The notes under the pieces were generated by a model that did not search any database, was not told the origin of the DNA, and worked only from the letters and a program-made list of their open reading frames with translations. DNA of 64,000 nucleotides, taken from assembly GCA_958296135.2 (NCBI GenBank), contig CATQHZ020000001.1, positions 1,216,001 to 1,280,000 on the forward strand, given 5' to 3'. The stretch's first letter is position 1; each line of letters begins with the position of its first letter. The translations under genes were made by a program, and so were the position numbers. The stretch comes from an uncultured Poribacteria bacterium. Lineage in GTDB: Bacteria > Poribacteria > WGA-4E > WGA-3G. Shown piece by piece: positions 58,662 to 64,000 of the stretch.

Positions 58662-60150
58662 TTAACTTTTCAGCATGAGCTCCGTCTGCTCATCCTTAAA
58701 ATGACGCGCCGATTTGTGCCGAGATTCGATGCGCCACGGCAGCTGTATCGTTTCGTTCAGCGAGGCCGGATTCGCAAAGTAACCGTCGTCAATCTGCCAG
58801 AATTGGAGGCGCGGATAAGATACGCCGTTATGTTGGAACGTGCCCATCTCCTCTTGCATCGCCTTCATACCACTGCTGACAGGTGTTAAGGTGATGAATA
58901 TGCCAATCTGCGCTTTCGTTTCACGAAGAGTATGGCAGAATGCGCGCAGCGTTGATACATTAGTTCTGCCGGATTTCACCTCGGCGATAACGCGCGTATT
59001 TCGCGATTTCTGGTTACGTGGATTCCACACCTTCACGCTGCCGATGCCATCGAAACCGCCATCGCCGACATCTGCAGTGGGTTCAAGCCCGATGCGCGTC
59101 ACTGCCCAGTTGGCGAAATCGTGATACTTTTTCTGATCGCGCACCAGCAACGTCACTTCCTGCATATTCGTCGGGTAGCCTGCAATCTCATAATCAACGG
59201 AGGGTTCAAGGCCATGCCGCTCGCGCAGCCGTTTCTGCATCGGATCCAACGCGAGAAGCGTGATGTCAATCCCTATCCATTGACGGTTTAACGTTTCTGC
59301 GGCATCAATCGTCGTGCCGCAGCCGCAAAACGGATCGAGCACGATGTCGCCCGGTTTTGACGATGCCTCGATCATCCGTTCATATAGCACACGAGGCTTC
59401 TGCGTAGGATATCCAAGACGCTCTTTCGCCCTTGATTGGAGACGAGGAATTTCCCATACGTCCCTCATATTCGTCTCATTGACGATGACAGCCTTGTCGG
59501 TATACGTGCGCATTTTACCAGTTTCCGGATCGCGGGCATTCCATCGTTTGTATTTCGGAGTGCTACCCGCCTTGGGTTCCATTGGCGTGTTCCATACAAT
59601 ATCTTTCCCTTTGGAATAAAAGAGAATAGTATCATGCATGGACTGGTATTTTTGCGACTTGCCGGCCCATCGCCTATAGGACCAGACTATCTCATTTCTG
59701 AAGTTTGCCACACCGAACACGACATCCATCAGACTTTTTAGATAATGACTCGCTGTCGGATCGCAGTGCAGATACATGCATCCTGTCGGATGCAGGACAC
59801 GATGACACTCCACTAGACGTGGCCCCATGAAGGCGAGATACGCACGCATGGCACTCAGCGGACCGCTTGTCGCTTTCTGCAAGACGTAATCGTATCCGTA
59901 TAAGGCATCGTTCAGGGCGGCGTAGGTTTCGGATTCCCGCGCGAGTTGGGCTATCTCACGCCGCGCGGCTTGCGCTGCATCGTCCCATGTCCATGTATCC
60001 ACAAATGCTGTTCGCTGCGATTGTGACTCGGAAAGGAACGTGTTATAGTTGCGGCCGCTGTTAAAGGGCGGGTCTGTGCAGACGATATCGACCCCCCCCT
60101 TCAATTTCTCGTAAAATTTGTAGGTTGTCTCCGAAGTAAATTTTTCGCAT
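58662..60150 (-). CDS. beta-class DNA methyltransferase plus Mrr-like PD-(D/E)xK domain, frameshifted at a G8 tract (60092-60099)
   Basis: True N-terminus MRKIYFGDNLQILREIEGG from ATG 60150 is out of frame with VDIVCTDPPF...YPTQKP...DPFCGCG...DGGFDG...EVKSG. Confidence 0.85.
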
Positions 60151-60167
60151 GGGCACATTTCTCCTAT

Positions 60168-61760
60168 TTACCACTCGCTATTGAGGAATCGGAAGCCGGT
60201 TGTCCAGCGCCGTTCGTCAGTCACATTTTCCACACCGAGGAGCAGTTCGCCGTGTCGGAAGAGCCGAATCGCTAGTTCGGTGTTCAGTTCCGGGGAATTG
60301 CCAGTCAATCCAACGCCTTCGATGCTGATGCCGAGTCGTCGCGATAACAGCGAGAGTTCGAGTCCTGCGCCGACTTTGGAGCGCATGAATCCGGCGTGCG
60401 CCCGAAGGAAGTTTGTGACATCGTACGCGTACTGAAATTCATAAGCAATCTTTTCGTTCCGGACACCTAACCCGATTCGGTAGTGTGAGTTTGGCTGCGG
60501 TGATAAGGAGAAGGCGAACTCGTTGTGCAGGTGTCGCTGCAGCCCCGGTGCGATGTCTGCTTGCAAACTTTGCCCTAAATAACGGAGTTCATAATCCCAT
60601 TCCAGTTTTGGCAATTCAAAACTTTTCAATTGCTGTCGGGTTTGTTGTGAGAGGGCTTGCACCGCTGTCATTGTTTTGTCGATGTTGTTCAGGGTGCGGC
60701 GGGCATCCTCAAGGGGTTCTGTCGTGTTGATGAGTTGCGCGACGGTGCCTTCGCCTTCTTGTACTGTCGTCAAAAGCCGATTGATGTTCTCTTCCAATGC
60801 GGTGAAGGCGGCGGTTGTCGCCTGCAGGTTCTCTAATATCGGTGCGATGTTTGCCTCTCCTGTATCAATTGCGTTGCTTCCCTGCGCGACAAGTGCGGAG
60901 ATATCGTTGGACAAAGCGTCAAAGTTGCTCCGAGATTCCCTTGTTATCTGCCGAAATTCCGCCGAGCTCGTCTTGATGTCCGTTAAAATACCGTTCAGTT
61001 TTGGCGAATTCTGGTTGATGAGCCTGAGCAGTTCTCGCGAGATGTCGCTAATTTGACTGCTCACCATCAAGGAGTCGCCTTCCAATTGGCTGAGCAGGCG
61101 GTTCGCTTTCAGGAATGTCTGCTGGAGACGTTTGTCATTATCAAAGGCGAGTTGCATCAACGCATTAACAGTCTCTTCCGAATCGACGGTGAGTTTTTCA
61201 ATAGTTCGGGCAGAGAGTGCGACCAGGGCTCGTATCTCTTTAATGCCGAGTTCGATGGATTCCTGATTGGCTTGCAGGAGTTCGTTCGCCGCTGTTGTGA
61301 GTTCGATAGCTTGCGTCATGCCCGCGCTTGTCTGTTCCAGCAGTTCGAGCGCGTTCACCGGGTCCTTCCCGACAATGGGCAGGTCTTCGGGAGTTAAGGT
61401 GTGGTTTCCGATGGGGCCGTTGTCAAGCGCGATGTAAACCTCGCCGACGAACCCGTTCATGGAGATTCTGGCACCACATCCTTTTCGCAGCCATTGAAAC
61501 CCGTTTTTGACTTTCGCCAGAATTTCAACGTTGTCGGCCTCCGGCTGCAGTTTGATACTCGTCACTTTCCCGATTGGTACGCCGGATAAGTAGACACCTG
61601 CGCCGATGTAGAGTCCGCTAACGGAGCTGAATTCAAAGCTCATTTCGTCGCCTGAGGTTGCCCAGGGCCAATTTTCTGCATTTGTGAGGAGGAGTACGAG
61701 TAATATTGCGGCGATGACGAGCATTGCGCCGACTTTAACAGATGGGCTCCAAAATTTCAT
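60168..61760 (-). CDS. mlaD: MCE/MlaD family protein, long form
   Basis: N-terminal TM, SVSGLYIGAGVYLSGVPIGKV MCE motif, helical region; follows mlaE/mlaF. Confidence 0.8.
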   Translation of the reverse strand: MKFWSPSVKVGAMLVIAAILLVLLLTNAENWPWATSGDEMSFEFSSVSGLYIGAGVYLSGVPIGKVTSIKLQPEADNVEILAKVKNGFQWLRKGCGARISMNGFVGEVYIALDNGPIGNHTLTPEDLPIVGKDPVNALELLEQTSAGMTQAIELTTAANELLQANQESIELGIKEIRALVALSARTIEKLTVDSEETVNALMQLAFDNDKRLQQTFLKANRLLSQLEGDSLMVSSQISDISRELLRLINQNSPKLNGILTDIKTSSAEFRQITRESRSNFDALSNDISALVAQGSNAIDTGEANIAPILENLQATTAAFTALEENINRLLTTVQEGEGTVAQLINTTEPLEDARRTLNNIDKTMTAVQALSQQTRQQLKSFELPKLEWDYELRYLGQSLQADIAPGLQRHLHNEFAFSLSPQPNSHYRIGLGVRNEKIAYEFQYAYDVTNFLRAHAGFMRSKVGAGLELSLLSRRLGISIEGVGLTGNSPELNTELAIRLFRHGELLLGVENVTDERRWTTGFRFLNSEW

Positions 61761-61780
61761 AAAGCGAGTTCTCCGCGCGT

Positions 61781-62569
61781 TCACCGGTCGCGTTTCCCGA
61801 TAAATTCTTGCAAGACCGGGTTCGCCATGTTGAGAATTTGATCAGGTGCGCCAAACAAGATGAACTGCTGCAAAATGGGGTCATCGTTGTTGATAATCTC
61901 ATCGGGGTTTCCGTAGGCAATCTGCTTGCCTTCGTGTATCATTGCCATCCGTGTTGCGACGCTGAACGCGCTGTGCATATCATGCGTCACGACAACAGAG
62001 GTGACTTTCAGTTTTTCGTGCAAGTCACGTATGAGTTGATTAATTTCGTTGCACGTGACCGGGTCTAGTCCGGTTGTCGGTTCATCGTAGAAGATGACTT
62101 CGGGGTTAAATGCGAGTGCGCGCGCCAGTCCGACGCGTTTGCGCATTCCCCCGCTCAGTTCTGCTGGGCGCAATTCCTGCACGCCTTCTAAATCGACAAG
62201 ACTGAGTTTCTCATCGACAATCTTCCGCATTTCGGCGTGGGTTAATTTCGTGTGCTGGTCCAACATAAAGGCGATGTTTTCTGCGACAGTCATTGAATCA
62301 AACAGTGCTGCCGACTGGAACAGCATGCCGATTTTTCGGCGAATGGCGTTGAGTTGTTTTGCGTTGAGTTGTGAGATTTCGGTGCCGTCAAACCAAATCT
62401 CGCCGGCATCAGCGGCGAGGAGCCCGGTGATAATTTTCAGCAGGACGCTCTTTCCGCATCCGCTTCGGCCCATGATGACGAGCGTTTCGCCGCGCGGTAT
62501 CTCAAGGCTCAGCCCGTTTAGGACGCTTTTTCCCCCGAAATTCTTCCAGATGTTCTTAACAAGAATCAT
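61781..62569 (-). CDS. mlaF: ABC transporter ATP-binding protein MlaF
   Basis: GRSGCGKS, LFQSAALFDS, LSGGMRKRVGLAR, YDEPTTGLDP. Confidence 0.9.
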   Translation of the reverse strand: MILVKNIWKNFGGKSVLNGLSLEIPRGETLVIMGRSGCGKSVLLKIITGLLAADAGEIWFDGTEISQLNAKQLNAIRRKIGMLFQSAALFDSMTVAENIAFMLDQHTKLTHAEMRKIVDEKLSLVDLEGVQELRPAELSGGMRKRVGLARALAFNPEVIFYDEPTTGLDPVTCNEINQLIRDLHEKLKVTSVVVTHDMHSAFSVATRMAMIHEGKQIAYGNPDEIINNDDPILQQFILFGAPDQILNMANPVLQEFIGKRDR

Positions 62570-63345
62570 ACCCACCCCAAGATGTTAAACAGAATGTGGT
62601 TTAAAATAAAATCGAGAACCAAGATGGCTATCAGGGAGATGACAGCGGAGCCTGTTGTCGCTGTGCCGACTCCCTCTGCGCCGCCTGCAGTGGAGATGCT
62701 GAACCCTTTGTAGCACCCGACTGCGGCGATTGCCATTCCGAAGGAAGTCGCCTTGATGAGGCTGACGAGGACGCTTGCCACGAACAGATTCCTTTGGACT
62801 TCCAACAGGAAGAAGTGGCCGTTGACATCAAAGAGTGACACCACGGCGATAAACCCGCCTGCGATGCCAGCGAACGTTGAAAATATCGTGAGCGTTGGCA
62901 GCATAATGGCACAAGCGAGGAACCGAGGCACAACCAGATATTTGACTGGGTTTGTGCCCATCACTTCTAGTGCATCGATCTGCTCTGTCACCTTCATCGT
63001 TGAGAGTTCGGCGGTGATTGACGCGCCGATGCGCCCCGCGAGCACAAACGCCGTAATCATTGGGCCGAGTTCTTTCACTACGGACACACAGACGAACCGC
63101 GCGACCGAACCCTCTACGGCAAAAGGTTTCAACTGAATGTAGCCTTGGATGCCCAATACCATCCCGGTGAAAAATCCGGAGACGAGCACGACGGCAAGTG
63201 AGTTGAATCCGACTAGCAGTAGTTGCTTCGTCAGCAGATCGAACTGAAGGGGCGGCCGGAAGATTTGAACGAGCGTCTGGAAGAACAGTGTCCATGCCTG
63301 TCCTATCTCGGAGAGCGTGTTGTGCAACCGGTTTTTGAGCAACAT
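62566..63345 (-). CDS. mlaE: ABC transporter permease MlaE
   Basis: KELGP, AGRIGASITAELSTMKVTEQIDAL, GAEGVG. Confidence 0.92.
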   Translation of the reverse strand: MLLKNRLHNTLSEIGQAWTLFFQTLVQIFRPPLQFDLLTKQLLLVGFNSLAVVLVSGFFTGMVLGIQGYIQLKPFAVEGSVARFVCVSVVKELGPMITAFVLAGRIGASITAELSTMKVTEQIDALEVMGTNPVKYLVVPRFLACAIMLPTLTIFSTFAGIAGGFIAVVSLFDVNGHFFLLEVQRNLFVASVLVSLIKATSFGMAIAAVGCYKGFSISTAGGAEGVGTATTGSAVISLIAILVLDFILNHILFNILGWV

Positions 63346-63404
63346 CCGAAAACCGCCTGATGATTCGTCTGTAGAGGCGTGATGATTCATAGGTTTTGGG
63401 GTGG

Positions 63405-64000
63405 CTAATAATTGATATTATCGAACCGCATCTGCTTTTTTGTGAAGTAGAGGACGACGGTGCCGGTGGCGCCATTACGCTGTTTCTTAATGAGCAGGTG
63501 CGCCTCAACCCGCTCGTCCGCCTGTTCCTCCTCTTGGTAATAGTCTTCTCGGTACAAAAAAGCGACCAGGTCTGCGTCTTGTTCGATCGCGCCGGATTCC
63601 CGCAAATCAGAAAGTTGTGGCTGTTTATCAGGTCTGCGTTCTACTTCGCGGCTGAGTTGCGAGCAGGCGACAATCGGGACGTTTAATTCCCATGCGAGTA
63701 CTTTCAGCGAGCGTGAAATCTCCGAAATTTCCTGTTCGCGGGAGTTGTATCTGCCTGTCCCCCTGAGCAGCTGCAGGTAGTCGACGATAATGAGTGCGAG
63801 GTCTTCGTGTTCGCCTTTCAACCGTCTGCCTTCGGCACGCAATGCCTGTATTGTGAGCCCCCGGTTGTCGTTAATCAAGATAGGTGCTTCGGCGAGGCGG
63901 CTTGCGCCTTCGGTGAGGGGCCGCCAATAATCTTCGCTGAAGTTTCCCGTTCGGAGCCGTCCGAAATCTATCTGTGATTCGGCGGAGAGCATCCGCATCA
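63405..64000 (-). CDS. dnaB: replicative DNA helicase, C-terminal part (runs off the window)
   Basis: IIVDYLQL, ISRSLK, SQLSR, SDLRESGAIEQDAD, KQRNG. Confidence 0.96.
   Translation of the reverse strand, partial: MRMLSAESQIDFGRLRTGNFSEDYWRPLTEGASRLAEAPILINDNRGLTIQALRAEGRRLKGEHEDLALIIVDYLQLLRGTGRYNSREQEISEISRSLKVLAWELNVPIVACSQLSREVERRPDKQPQLSDLRESGAIEQDADLVAFLYREDYYQEEEQADERVEAHLLIKKQRNGATGTVVLYFTKKQMRFDNINY

Noticed and set aside
60100-60158. ORF-track N-terminus MCPCEKFTSETTYKF for the MTase
   Set aside because: That ATG is only 2 nt from the RBS and the peptide lacks the family YFGDNL motif, which lies in the adjacent frame from ATG 60150.
110-63686. Numerous antisense and alternate-frame ORFs in the track
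   Set aside because: Shadow ORFs of GC-rich genes that overlap motif-supported CDSs.

Overview
Bacterial chromosomal window, GC-rich, probably from Candidatus Poribacteria. This is an inference from the C-terminal 'KLATTWGYLK' motif, a dockerin protein, and the many Gfo/Idh/MocA oxidoreductases, sulfatases, PhyH, DUF1549/1553 and Uma2 genes. Core genes: tRNA-Val, 2x tRNA-Asp, serS, tRNA(CAT)-tilS-hpt, accA, dprA, and dnaB-mlaEFD-radA-ispD-ispF-cysS. These are interleaved with catabolic genes, many defence-type genes and dense GTAG-type REP palindromes. Most notable: (1) a DNA methyltransferase/Mrr-like gene inside the core dnaB-radA gene run is frameshifted at a G8 tract, a candidate phase-variable switch that the ORF track hides; (2) four tandem Uma2 nucleases behind dprA have a near-identical mosaic scaffold but one hypervariable ~28-codon block; (3) a type IIG-like RM protein is followed by a stand-alone paralog of its own nuclease domain fused to an XRE HTH; (4) REP elements sit in-frame inside proteins, supply stop codons, and bound partial gene duplications; (5) one such duplication copies a C-terminal mini-ORF with its own intragenic RBS. 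No CRISPR array, integrase, transposase or rRNA was seen. All family assignments come from motif recognition by eye; no database searches were run.
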